NCBI GenBank assembly: GCA_951406725.2
Contig: OX597833.1
Span: 33,728,001 to 33,792,000, forward strand
From: Octopus vulgaris
Taxonomy: Eukaryota
Reading direction: 5' to 3'
DNA: 64,000 nt
A program made the translations under genes and the position numbers. Below the pieces are notes generated by a model that ran no database searches, was not told where the DNA came from, and saw only the letters and a program-made list of their open reading frames with translations. Positions 27,343 through 39,499 of the stretch are shown one piece after another (within the stretch, counting starts at the first letter, position 1; each line of letters begins with the position of its first letter).

Positions 27343-28194
27343 ATTTGTTCAATTACATTTCGTTTCGTTGAAACAAAATAAACGACTGTGTCTCTCATCG
27401 TTTTTGTGATACCCCTTAGGAGAGTATAGCAGGTAAGTGGAGGAAGGTGGTTACGGGAGCAGAAGATAACTGGTAGATGGAGAAATGTGGGTGAGGGAGT
27501 AGGAGATAACGCGTAAGTAGAAGGGGAGGATGGTTTGGCTGTTATTTAATGCAGGACGAGCGGCTACGTGCATAAAAGCATCTCCGTTCGCTCTTTACTA
27601 GAGTTATCTCAGTCCTTTTAAGGACCAAAGAGTGGCAGTACAACCCTTTAGCCCAGTGGTTCTCAACCCGGGTCTATGTGACCCTTGGTGAAGTCCGTAT
27701 AAGATTTTGTCGTTAAAATTTATCTGCAATAAATTGGTTATATTTCTCCGGTAGACAAAATATTTTAACCATTTTTTATTGATGCATTAATCACGAGACT
27801 AATGTATAATTCGACTATTTCAGGAATAAGGTTATCGAGTAATGCTAGTCGCCTGAACGCCTTAGTTTCGTGGGAAAAAAGATCACTCGCAATATCGGTT
27901 GTCTATGCACGTGTGCATGGAAACAAAAGTAAAGGCAAACAATTGATATACTGTTCATATAGAATTTATAATTTCGCAAGTCCCGAAAACAGACAAAAAA
28001 GAAGAAAATGAAAATTTGAATAGGCAGACGTCCAGTCGTCATAATTGTTATTGTTGGGCATTACAGAAGTGATCTTTCTCTTTGTTTTCATTTTCTCTTC
28101 ATGTATAATGCATTTAGAATATATCTTGCCTCTTTTTTTAAAGACAGTACGGTGTGCAAAAACCTTTCGCGCGTACGCTTTCAAATCCTACACT

Positions 28195-28590
28195 ACTCTT
28201 TACTCTTTTTACTCTTTTACTTGTTTCAGTCATTTGACTGCGGCCATGCTGGAGCACCGCCTTTAATCGAGCAACTCGACCCCGGGACTTATTCTTTTGT
28301 AAGCCTAGTACTTATTCTATCGTTCTCTTTTGCCGAACCGCTAAGTAACGGGGACATAAACACACCAGCATCGGTTGTCAAGCAATGCTAGGGGGACAAA
28401 CACAAACACACACACGCATATATATATATACATATATACGACGGGTTTCTTTCAGTTTCCGTCTACCAAATCCACTCACAAGGCTGTGGTCGGCCTGAGG
28501 CTATAGTAGAAGACACTTGCCCAAGGTGCCACGCAGTGGGACTGAACCTGGAATCATGTGGTTGGTAAACAAGCTACTTACCACACAGCC
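28195..28590 (-). mobile_element. tRNA-derived SINE family 2, full length
   Basis: Reverse complement of 45068-45465; head TGGCTGTGTGGTAAGTAGC...GGTTCAGTCCC; (AGTAAAAG)n tail. Confidence 0.9.
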
Positions 28591-28904
28591 AACCAAAGGT
28601 TGTCGAAAAGTTTGAATCAATCTGTGCTTCTTTATCATAAAGACGATTTTATCTTTTCTTTCTCCAAATCTGGATATAGAGTGTTATAAATGTATATTCA
28701 TATTATCTGAAACTGTTTTATTTCGTAATAATTCTGATCCTTCAGTATCATAGTAAAAACAACGCCAACACGACCACCACAAGCAATGTCAATATGTGTA
28801 TATGCATATGCTTATGCATACACACATATGGGACTGTTGACAGGACACTCTCATACATAGATATGCGCGTTAACTGCTACACATAAATATGCACACATAC
28901 AAGT

Positions 28905-29127
28905 CGCCGTTTTAACACCGTTGTCGAGATCAAAAGCGAATCGCAGAAGTTTTCGACTCGTTTACGAGAAACGACCTCCAAGCCGAATTTCCAAAGTGGC
29001 AGGAACGCTAGGACTGGTATATTGTTGCGCAAGGTGACTATTTCGAAGAAGATGCTATTAAAACTTAGATATAAGTTATATTTTATTAAACATAACTAGT
29101 CCGGAAACTGTTTGATACCACCTCGTA
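28905..29127 (+). mobile_element. Mariner 3' end remnant
   Basis: GDYFEE C-terminus followed by TIR-like GTCCGGAAACTGTTTGATACCACCTCG|TA. Confidence 0.6.
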
Positions 29128-29616
29128 TTTTAATTAGTAGCATTATAAAAACACAAGCAAATAGCTATCTTCCTCTTTTGATAATTCGGCGCCAACCAGG
29201 ATCATTTAACCGGTCTCTAATTAAAAAAATAATGCGCGAGGATAGACTTATCACTCTCTCTAATTATAAAGAAACTATTACTCTGTCTTGCAGCACAGAG
29301 ATGAAGCTAACTACTACACAGGATAAATCATGGAAACGGAATATATTTTACTACATCTGCAAACAATGTGTATATACACACAACGCGATGACATATTTCT
29401 TATAAATTGTAACGATTGATATTATAGTTAGCTTAACAAACATATAAATAAATGAGCAACTATTGTTTTTTCAATCATTTCTCCTTTGCATTATGATATT
29501 AAAACTTCACCGTCGTTACATATACATATACACACATAAACATACATACATATATACATTTATTCTTTTACTTGTTTCAGTCATTTGACTGTGTCCATGC
29601 TGGAGCAGCGCCCTAA

Positions 29617-29678
<62 letters not shown>

Positions 29679-30039
29679 GTACATAAAGAATAAACTTATC
29701 GCAAGGTTTTTTTATTTATATTGACAGATTAGTTATAAGCTTATAACTAGTGAATAACGGGCTTTAAAAGTAATATCTTTAGTAAATTTTATCAATATAA
29801 TATCTTTTTTACGGTTCATCAGTTCTTTTCGAACGTATGAATACAGAAAAATCTATATATAAGAACATAAATTTATATAAGTTTATTTTCCTCTGAAAAA
29901 AAGCGCAACTTTTTATTAAATTATTTAAAATTATTTTATGTACACATTAGTACAAATAACAAAAGAACAATGATTATAGTAGAAACTAATATCATTTAGT
30001 GTCGGCGTCGTGAGGGTTAAGGATATTTTTCTGGATAAA

Positions 30040-31000
30040 TTTTTGTATAAATGCCCAATAATGGGGTTTATTTGAAAATATGTTTAGAAAATTAATCCCA
30101 GTTTGATATGCAATGGAGGGAAGATGATTTTTTCTTTCAGAACTAGCGCTGCTCTAATAACGTTCTTTTCACTGACCTTCAACTCTCGGAGTGGCCAGTC
30201 TTTCCTTTTCCAGTGCTCCTCTTTTGCTCTACTGTCCCACATACACAATCTCCATTCATCAGGATCGTTTTTGTGGACGCCTAGTCGAAGAAGAACGCTC
30301 TCAACGTCATTACAATGAATAAGATTTGTGTTCTCATTAAAGAATGGTACAAATTCGGCATCCTTATTTCAATAGAATGTTACCTTTGTGCCTTTTGCTA
30401 ACAGATTTTTTTCATTGAGCCTAGAGGCCAAAAGTTCTGCTGATTCTTTGCTTAGATTTAAGTCTCGAATCAAATCATTCAGCTCATTTTGGTTAAATGG
30501 CTCTGGAACGTTTTCGAGAACATAGTCAGGATTGTTTTCGTTGTGTATCTCGTTTACATCAGTATCAGATTCGTCATTTTCAACAAGTTTCAACAAATTT
30601 TCGTGAAAGACTGGGATTGGCAAATCATCTGAATGCGGCACTGGTCGAATAGCGGAATGAAAACTGGGATAGTCGATAGCTCTGCCTTTCTTTTGGTTCA
30701 GTCCCGCAACACTGACTGAGCAGAAGTAACATTTGTCAGAGTGGTTCTTTGGCTCACGCCACATCATAGGAATAGCGAATCTCAGCGATTTTCGGATACC
30801 TGAAGTCCACTGCCTCATGTGTTCCAAACATGTTTTGCAAATAATGTGAGGGGCCCATGATTTGTCCTGATCACCAAACCCGACATGAAAGTAAGCACGA
30901 TAGGCTTTCTTGTAAAAGTCAGATATCGGTTTCCTGTTGGCTTTCTGTGTGAACTCGGCGCATGTACAGCAAAATTTTTGCATCCTCTCGTTGAAGCCAT
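30040..31000 (-). pseudogene. Chapaev3-like (CMC superfamily) transposase pseudogene, internally deleted
   Basis: CxxC...GDQDKSWAPHIICKTC...WREPKNHSDKCYFC; LSKESAELLASRL; EWRL fused directly to CMWDSRA; PPLHIKLG; frameshifts. Confidence 0.75.
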
Positions 31001-31856
31001 GTCATGTGATATCTATCTCTATGATTAAAAAAAAGAACATGAGTTGGTTTGCGTGTTCACATTTAGGTACGTTGATCTTTGCTAATGTCCTAAGGTAAGA
31101 CTTGCAAAACTGTCAAAAACAAAAGACGGAAAGAGTCGTTATGCTGATTCTGCTTTGTATCTTCGTAATCCCGCATGGAGTGCAGATGTCATGGTGAAAC
31201 CATTTTCATGATGTTTATCATGTCCAATGGAATAGGTGCATTCAATTGGGACATATTTAGTTGGAGTTTTTTCCAACTGTGAAAACAAAAGCTCTTAATG
31301 TGCTTGGTTTCCTTCCGTATTGAAGGGATAAAGGTGATAGGATAAATTTATGAATATCAAACAGAGGATATTAGGGTTTCGTTTTTTTAAATGTCATCTC
31401 AATTATCAGGTTTACTAAAGTGTATTACTGATAAAGTTTATCAGTTAATTTGAATTTTGGCAATGAATTGGAAAATTTCGGTACTTCTGTTTTAAAAGTT
31501 TTGACTCAAGAACACTTTTTCTCTTATAAAAAATAGTTTATTTTAGGTGGCTGACATAAATTGCTCGGCCTACCTGAAAATTCATGGTATGATGCATGCG
31601 TTTAAAGTAGTTCACAAGTCTATTAATGAGGTATATATCCGGAGAGTGAGAGGCAAAGAATACAAAAAATCAAATACAAAGAATAAATGGGATGGACAGA
31701 TTCTCATGAATCGCAGGTGAATAATTAACAAATAACAACAGAAAGACTGTGGCCTACTCACTGCAAATGTGTTCAGGCGTATTTTTTTTTATCGATGAAC
31801 AGAATTATTACATCATGCGAAAAAAACCATTTTCATCAGGTGAATGTAGGCATGTG

Positions 31857-31912
<56 letters not shown>

Positions 31913-32149
31913 TATAAATATATGCATATATAGATACACATACGTACATACCTACATATATATGTATATATACATGCATATATGGGTACAGGACAGAAAA
32001 AAAAACGTTTAAAACAATGAGAAACGAAAACAAAAACAAAACACAGAAACGAACTTTTTTTAAACAACGAAAAAAACAGAGAAACAAGAATAGAACATAA
32101 GGAATATTCCCCTTCTTCAGTTGTCCCTGTTTCAACACACTCCGCGTTT

Positions 32150-32487
32150 TGAAGGTTAGGACAAGACGCGACTCCGTTGAAACAGTCCTTCCCGTAAAGC
32201 AAATAAACTAAAATTTGGGATTTTTTGCGGAGAGTGAAAGTGGTAACAAGAACAGGATAGTGAAATTCCATCGTCTTGGCTTAACAGCCCTCATCGATTG
32301 TTTTTACTGTTTTGTTCTCATTGTTCTGTCTTTTACTGTTTTTACTTTTTTATTATTTTTACTGTTTTGTTCTCACTGTCCTACTCTTATTACTATTTTC
32401 ACCGTCCGCAAAAAATCCCAAATTTTATTTAATTTGCTTTGTGGGAAGGACTGTTCAACGAAGTCACGTCTTGTCCTTACCTTCGAA
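32150..32487. repeat. Inverted repeat: ~115-bp diverged arms (32150-32263 / 32372-32487)
   Basis: GAAGGTTAGGACAAGACGCGAC...GGATAGTGA versus TCACTGTCC...GTCACGTCTTGTCCTTACCTTC; possibly a Penelope pseudo-LTR remnant. Confidence 0.75.
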
Positions 32488-32857
32488 TTCTTCAACTGAT
32501 ACGGCAACATTTTCTTCTAGTAATGCTTCAAGGTGTTTATCATCAAACTCAACTTGGACGTCCTGTTCGATCTTCATCTTCAAGGCTGAAATCTTCACCT
32601 CTGAATTTTGCAAACTATCTTCTGCAAGTTCTTTCCTTCAAGCAAGCATTCTTTCCCATAAACTGAGTGTATGTTCCGAGTCGCTTCGGCTGCAGAATTT
32701 CCTTTTTTAGTACTCATAAAGCATTATGTGCCTAAAATGCTCTTTGGATACTTCCATGTTAGAAAGGGTTTTAATCAAAGAAATTTTAATTCTATTTTAA
32801 TTCAGACATATACACAATTCGCACACACACTAACACGTGACCCAAGATGTGTGTATG

Positions 32858-32921
<64 letters not shown>

Positions 32922-33239
32922 TGTTTACATAAAATAATATATATTTTTTTATAGTAATTTAAATGAATACGCCCTGAACAATCTGTGTGACCTTTGCGCT
33001 GGTTTTTCTCATCATTTTTCTAACACGTTTCACTGCTTGTTTTCTCTCTACTTTGTCCTTATGTGTCTGCCTGAGTGACCATATCACGTGATCAATCATT
33101 CAGTCGTAAACACACATACACCTACATACACACGCACGAAAGTGTGTTTATGTGTGTGTGTATGTGTCTGTGTCTGTGTCTCTGTGTCTCTGTGTCTGTT
33201 TCCATATATGTAATAAATATGTATGTATATGACTGTCAC

Positions 33240-34230
33240 TCATACAGTGGATGATATGCAAATACTTTTGAATCGTATTTCTGCTTCTTTCAAGGCATTT
33301 AGACTCAGCATTAACCTGGACAACACTGTTGTAATGTTCTAACCTGCACCAGGAAATCCATATGTGGAACCAGCTATCTTGGTTAAAGGAACAATGCTGA
33401 AAGTGGTAGACGATTTTGTCTACCTGAGCAGCACACTCAGCCGTTCTTGCTCTCTGGATGATGAAATATCTTTCAGAATGCAGAGAGTAACTGATTTCTT
33501 CTGGTCCCTTGAGTCTCGTGTAGGGTCCCAGCATGGCATCACAGGGCAAACAAAAATTGCTGTATACCATGCATGTGTACTGACATCGCTCCTTTTCTCA
33601 TGTGAGACATGGACCCTTTACAAAAGTCATATAAGGGTTTTTGAACGCTTTCATCAGAGATGTCTGATACACATTCTAAATGTTGGCTGGACCTTAAAAA
33701 CTCCAGACTCACAGGTCCTAAGGAAAGCTGATATCTTGAGTATTGAGGTGATGGTGCACAAGCACCGGTTGCGTTGGACTGGACACCTTATTAGAATGAA
33801 GGACTCTTAGACATGTGCTATATGGGGAACTTGTTAGTGGAAAGAGACCTTGGCAGAAACCAAGGCTACGATTTAAGGACTGTGTCAAGTCTTCATTGAA
33901 GGCATGTGATATGCAGGAGACTGACTGGGAAAGCAATACTTGTCATCGCCAGAGATGGGGGATGCAGGTTAGGAGGGGGTCGACACCTTTGAGAGAGCAC
34001 GTATTCTGCATGAAGAATTTAAGCATGCTGCTCGAAAGCCCACTGCTAGTGTAGTGAATGGGGAAAGCTTGGTTTGCAATGTTTGCAGTCGTGTATGTTT
34101 GTCAAGATCAGAGCTTACTGGCCGCCAGCAGAGCCGTAAATGAAAAAATATAAGTTAGTCCTAGAGTGCACAATGTTTCTAAAGGTCAGCAATGGTCTTC
34201 CTCGGTCACGAGTGGACGGCCATCATGTTT
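33240..34230 (+). mobile_element. RTE-clade LINE 3' fragment, degenerate
   Basis: VDDFVYLSS, TKIAVYHACVLTSLLFSCETW, RLRWTGHLIRM, LYGELVSGKR...RFKDCVK, terminal CxxC; followed by (TATG)n. Confidence 0.88.
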
Positions 34231-34539
34231 ATATGTATGTATGTAAGTATGTATGTATGTATGTATGCATGTATGTATGTATGCATGTATGTATGTATGT
34301 ATGTATGTATGTATGTATGTATGTATACACACACATATATATCTAAATCTACTCTTAAAAACACTAGACAGGAACAGGCTAAAATGTCCACACTGGACAA
34401 AATATACGTTTAAACGATTTAAATAGACATAACTTACATCTATAGTAATTATACTAGTTAAAATAATTATTGTGATAATTATTGATATTTATGTAAAGTG
34501 AACATAATGATAATGATGACGATGATGATTATCATAATG

Positions 34540-34607
<68 letters not shown>

Positions 34608-35130
34608 TGAGAGTATAAACCCAAAATAAGTGTAATATTTCTGAATAAATATACTTCATAAAGTAAAATGTAATCAAAACTGATAGAATTAACTGTAATA
34701 TAAATGAACATTTTGAACCACGATTCAATTTTAATACCAGTAGAAGTGTTTATAAGACCAGAATTCAATTCGATTAAAAAAGTAACTCTCTCACCTTCAA
34801 CTGAAAACCAACGCAGGAAGCTTGTTTGAATTAGTTCACCTTGAAAACGTCGTAAGTGATGGACCCTTGATGAAATTGCAGCGATTAGGATGCATAATTA
34901 CATAATAAAACAATGTGCATTTACTGCAAATTAAACATATATCTAGTCATTGTTATATATGCTGTAGAAATTTTTTTTATAAAAACATTTTGGATGTGAA
35001 TAAATCTCCATTGTCCTCTTGGTTTTCACTTATATATCTGTGTGTGTGTGTGTGCGTGTTAAAGGAGAATTATAGTCGTTCTTTAAGCCTTTAAGGTATA
35101 ACATTGCACCTAGCAGTTTTTATTTATTTT

Positions 35131-35184
<54 letters not shown>

Positions 35185-35436
35185 AATGTGAGGATAAAAT
35201 TCCATTCGAAAAAAAATATTTTCTCGAAAAGAATTTTATCAATGGCCAGCATATTAAAAAATACCTTTAACGGTTAAATTTATAAACAATTCATAAATGA
35301 GGGCAAAGGAAAAAAATTCTAATGCCAAATATGCCGAAAAATTGGACATATTGTCCATTAACCATATAATTTTTTCACAATACGCACGCTACTCGAAAAA
35401 AGGTCGACAGAAATTTTTTTAAAATTTCATTATTAC

Positions 35437-35493
35437 CATATCGGACCGATTTCAGAGTTAGCTACTAAGAGCCCCCTCTTCATCAGTGATACA
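35437..35493 (-). ncRNA. Minimal hammerhead ribozyme motif
   Basis: TGTATC(A)-CTGATGA-AGAG...CTCT-GAAA-TCG-GTC-(C)GATATG; one mismatch at the base of stem I. Confidence 0.65.
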
Positions 35494-36023
35494 TGTGGCA
35501 AAAGAAATAAATGAGATACTTACTCGCACCCACGGAAGAAGCAAATACTAAGTCATGGGCACAACTAAGTACCCCAAATACATCCAAAATAGAAATGCTC
35601 CAGCCCATTCGAGGCACGTGCGATTTGAACTGAGGCTCTCACAGAGTGAGTTAGTTAGTTCGAAAGTTAACGCTTAAATTTATATCAAATGTGAGGATAA
35701 AATTCCATTCGAAAAAAAATATTTTCTCGAAAAAAATTTTATCAATGGCCAGCATATTAAAAAATACCTTTAACGGTTAGATTTATAAACAATTCATAAA
35801 TGAGGGCATAGAAAAAAATTCTAATGCCAAATATGCCGAATAAGCGTTCACTTCCGAACTAACTAACTCACTCTGTGAGAGCCTCAGTTCAAATCGCACG
35901 TGCCTCGAATGGGCTGGAGTATTTCTATTTTGGATGTATTTGGGGTACTTAGTTGTGCCCATGACTTAGTATTTGCTTCTTCCATGGGTGCGAGTAAGTA
36001 TCTCATTTATTTCTTTTGCCACA

Positions 36024-36080
36024 TGTATAACTGATGAAGAGGGGGCTCTTAGTAGCTAACTCTGAAATCGGTCCGATTTG
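36024..36080 (+). ncRNA. Minimal hammerhead ribozyme motif (inverted copy)
   Basis: CTGATGA 36031-36037, stem II AGAG/CTCT, GAAA 36064-36067, TCGGTC; stem I more degenerate. Confidence 0.55.
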
Positions 36081-36235
36081 GTAATAATGGAATTTTTTAG
36101 AAATTTCTGTCGACCTTTTTTCGAGTAGCGTGCGTATTGTGAAAAATTATATGGTTAAGGGACAATATGTCCAATTTTTCGGCATATTTGGCATTAGAAT
36201 TTTTTTCCTTTGCCCTCATTTATGAATTATATATA

Positions 36236-36503
36236 TACAGGGTTATTCAAAAAGAATGAACCGATTTTATTGTGCATTTTAATAAGGAAAAGCAGCAGAA
36301 AATTCCAGCTAAGTCACAAGTATTTACTCACAATCAACTTTTATTTCCTGTCTTACAAATGTTCAATGTTGCCACCGCCTGTAGCACGGGTAACATCAAT
36401 GCGATAAGAGAATTCTTCCCGGACGCGTTTCAGTATATCACGATTCACTGAGTTGATCGCTACTGTTATTCGATGTTTAAGGTCATCGAGGTTAGTGGGT
36501 AGA
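36236..36503 (-). mobile_element. Tc1/mariner 3' remnant
   Basis: PTNLDDLKHRITVAINSVNRDILKRVREEFSYRIDVTRATGGGNIEHL* and TIR TA|CAGGGTTATTCAAAA. Confidence 0.75.
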
Positions 36504-36539
36504 ATGTGGTAAAAAATGCTAAAATAATTTTATCATGAA

Positions 36540-39295
36540 GAACATTTTAGTACCGGTTTCAGTCTTTGCGACTTTTTTAACTTAGAGTAAGCATGAAAAG
36601 CAATTAAATTGTAGAAAAATTAAATCAAATGTTTTTTTTTTTAATATTTCCATAGTTTTCAAATATAAGGGACATTTTCCTTTTTTTTACCGTCTGTCCC
36701 CCTCTCTTTTTTACTCTTGTATGATAGTAGGTAGTAGCAGTCCTAAAAGAATATTTGATATGAGTTTTTGGTTTTGATTGTTTAAGCAGCAGTAGCCGAG
36801 GAAGGAGGCGGTGAGGAAGAAGAAGAAGAAGAAGAAGAAGAAGAAGAAGAAGAAGAAGAAGAAGAAGAAGAAGAAGAAGAAGAAGAAGAAAAATACGGGA
36901 GTGGTAGAATGTTCGTAAATGGTCAAGTGGTCTAAAAGTGACCTGTTGTGGTTGTAATAGTAGTGATTGAAATTGTTCTGAATAAATTCATGGGTTGTGA
37001 CTGTTCTGAATATATCATTATTAATATTTGCGTGGGTATTATTCTAAGGCCCTTGTAGTACTGTCATCTGTGGTGGACGCATTCAAAAGGGGGTTATATT
37101 TTGTGATAAAATATGACACTTCGCTAATGCGCTGACTACAAGTTGCATCGTCCCTGAATTTATAGAAGGAAAAAATTCTGAAGCTGGGTTGTTCATTAAT
37201 GGTGCAAATATCGATGTGTTCTCTGAATGCTATTTTTCTGTATTCCCGAATTTTAATATGGAATGTATGTAGAGCCATCCTTTGATATAGACGGCATTTC
37301 TTTCAACACCCTGAGCAAGTTAATACATATATTAGGTTTTCCGAAGCACATGTGAAGTTGTTTTTCACTGTAATACGTTGACCCTGTTTGAAAGAACAGT
37401 CCGATCCCTCAATTATGTTGATGTATATACCACCGTTAGGTCTTGCGCATTTTTACTGACGGCTTCAGTGTTGATATCGAGTGTACTTGGGCTTGTGTTT
37501 GGAGACTTTTCATAGATTTGGGTTGTCTTTTGCTCTTTATGATGGTGTGCGTTTGGAGGATTAAATTCATTTTGTGGTCCCTTTTTAGTAGGGGAATGTT
37601 CTAGAGGATAGTATCGAATGCTTCATTGTTAAGGGGATTGTGTGTGGAGGGTATGGTAGGGCTTTTGGTTGTAAATCCTTCTTTAGTTTGGTATGTCTGA
37701 GTTCGTGGGTGTTGAGTTGTAGGGCACGTTGAAAGCCTATATCAATTAGTGATTGTGGGTAGTTCCTGGTAATGAGTAACTCCTTTAATTCATGTAGTCG
37801 TGTGTCCCGGGTGCTTGTATTAGAAACTATAATACAAATCATTTTTGCTAGGATGAAGGGGATATTCATTCTAGTGTGTCTGGGATGGCATGAGTTGAAT
37901 GGTAGATATTGCTTGGGGTCCGTGGGCTTATAGTGCATATCTGTTTCTATTTTTTTGTTGTTGGATTTCTCAGTGAGGATTTCGAAGAATGGAAATCGTT
38001 GATGGCTACATTCCATCGTAAATTGAATGTTTATATCAAGTTCATTTATAAGTACTTGAAATTCTTTAAGTCTCTCTATACTTTCATGTCAAAGAATGAA
38101 ACAGTCATCCAGATACCTCTTCCAGTTATTTTCTATTAGAGGGAGAATGGGTTGCCGTATTTTTCTAGTACCTTACGATAAAGACTGATTTCTAGATATC
38201 CCATGACTAGGTTATCAAAGGAGGGGGCCATTCCGGTACCCAGCGCAGTCCCCGATTTTTGTCAATAGAAGTTGTCTTTGAAGACAAAGTAGTTATTCTC
38301 CAAGATGAATTTTAGCCTTTCTATTACGAATTCTTTTTTGATGTGATGTGGGAGTTCATTGGAGAAATACTCTTGCTAGAATTGAATTGCCTCTATTCCT
38401 AGGCTGTAGGGGATATTAGAATAGAGGTTGACCACATCGAATGATACTAGTAGGGTGTTTTTATTTATTGCTTTAGGGAGGTAATTGAGTATATCTAGGT
38501 CGTCCCTTATGTAGCTTTTGATATTCTTAAGGAACGGTTCTAAGAGAGTATCTAAAAAGTTACAGAGGCGGTGGGTTTCGCATGCGGGACCTGCTATTAT
38601 AGGTCTTAATTTGAGGTCATTAGGAGTAGGGACCTTGATTATTATATCTGTGGCTATCCTGCATGCGTTACTTATATTCTTACTGTTATGTATCTTAGGA
38701 ATAGCGTAGAATCGACTGGATTTACTTTTGAAGTTAGTCATATAATTGTATTCCTTGTCGGTGAGGCCTTCTCTGTATAGGTTTAACATAATCTTTAAGT
38801 TTCTCATTATTTTCTGCTGACAGTAGTGTTAGACCTTTTCATATGTTGTGTCTTATAATTATATAGTATACCGTGTCCATTAAGACAACTGCATTCCTTT
38901 TATCAGCCTCTTCAATTGTTATTATTTTATCATCTTTTAATTCGTTCAGCTCGGCCCATTCTTTTTTGCTGAAGTTTGGCTTGTGTTTCTGTTTGTGTAT
39001 ATGTTGATACGGGTAATTCATGATGTATTCACAAAAATGGGCAAGAATTTTGTTCTTACCTTTTGAAGGGATGTAGTTACTTCTATTTCGGACTAACGAT
39101 TCGTTCTCGTACTTGTCGTACAGCTCCTCAGAGAGTTGTAATTTTCAACAGAATTCCGCAACGTCTACATTTATTTCGTTGTAGTTGGGGCGTTGGGGGT
39201 GGGGAGTAAACTAGAGCCCTTTGGAAAATATGTCGATTTGGTTTGCTGTTAATTCTTTGTGAGTTAGATTGATTATTTTTATCACTTTTGGTTCC
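36540..39295 (-). mobile_element. Penelope-like retroelement (RT + GIY-YIG region), degenerate
   Basis: FYAIPKIH, LRPIIAGP, LVSFDVVNLYSNIP, GTALGTGMAPS, YKPTD..QYLPFNSCHP..NIPF; decayed hammerhead half AGTC-GCAAA-GACT-GAAAC-CG-GTA at ~36551-36573. Confidence 0.88.
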
Positions 39296-39499
39296 TCCTG
39301 ACTGTCTGGTGCTTTACGTAGGATGTGTGCGGTGCCTAGTAGTGCTATTTTCTTTATGTTATATATGCTAGTAGTGTTATTTTCTGACTGTTAATATCCT
39401 CCTCCCCTCCTCCTCCCCTCCTCCTCCTCCTTCTACTCCTCCTCCTCCTCCTCATCATCATCATCGTCATCGTCGTCGTCGTCGTTGTTGTTGTCGAGG

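Larger units (their letters stand above)
35180..36230. mobile_element. Penelope-type pseudo-LTR foldback: inverted arms 35288-35676 / 35841-36228, with a loop that is a direct copy of 35180-35338
   Basis: Near-identical direct and inverted segments in (TA)n; each arm contains a hammerhead motif. Confidence 0.8.
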
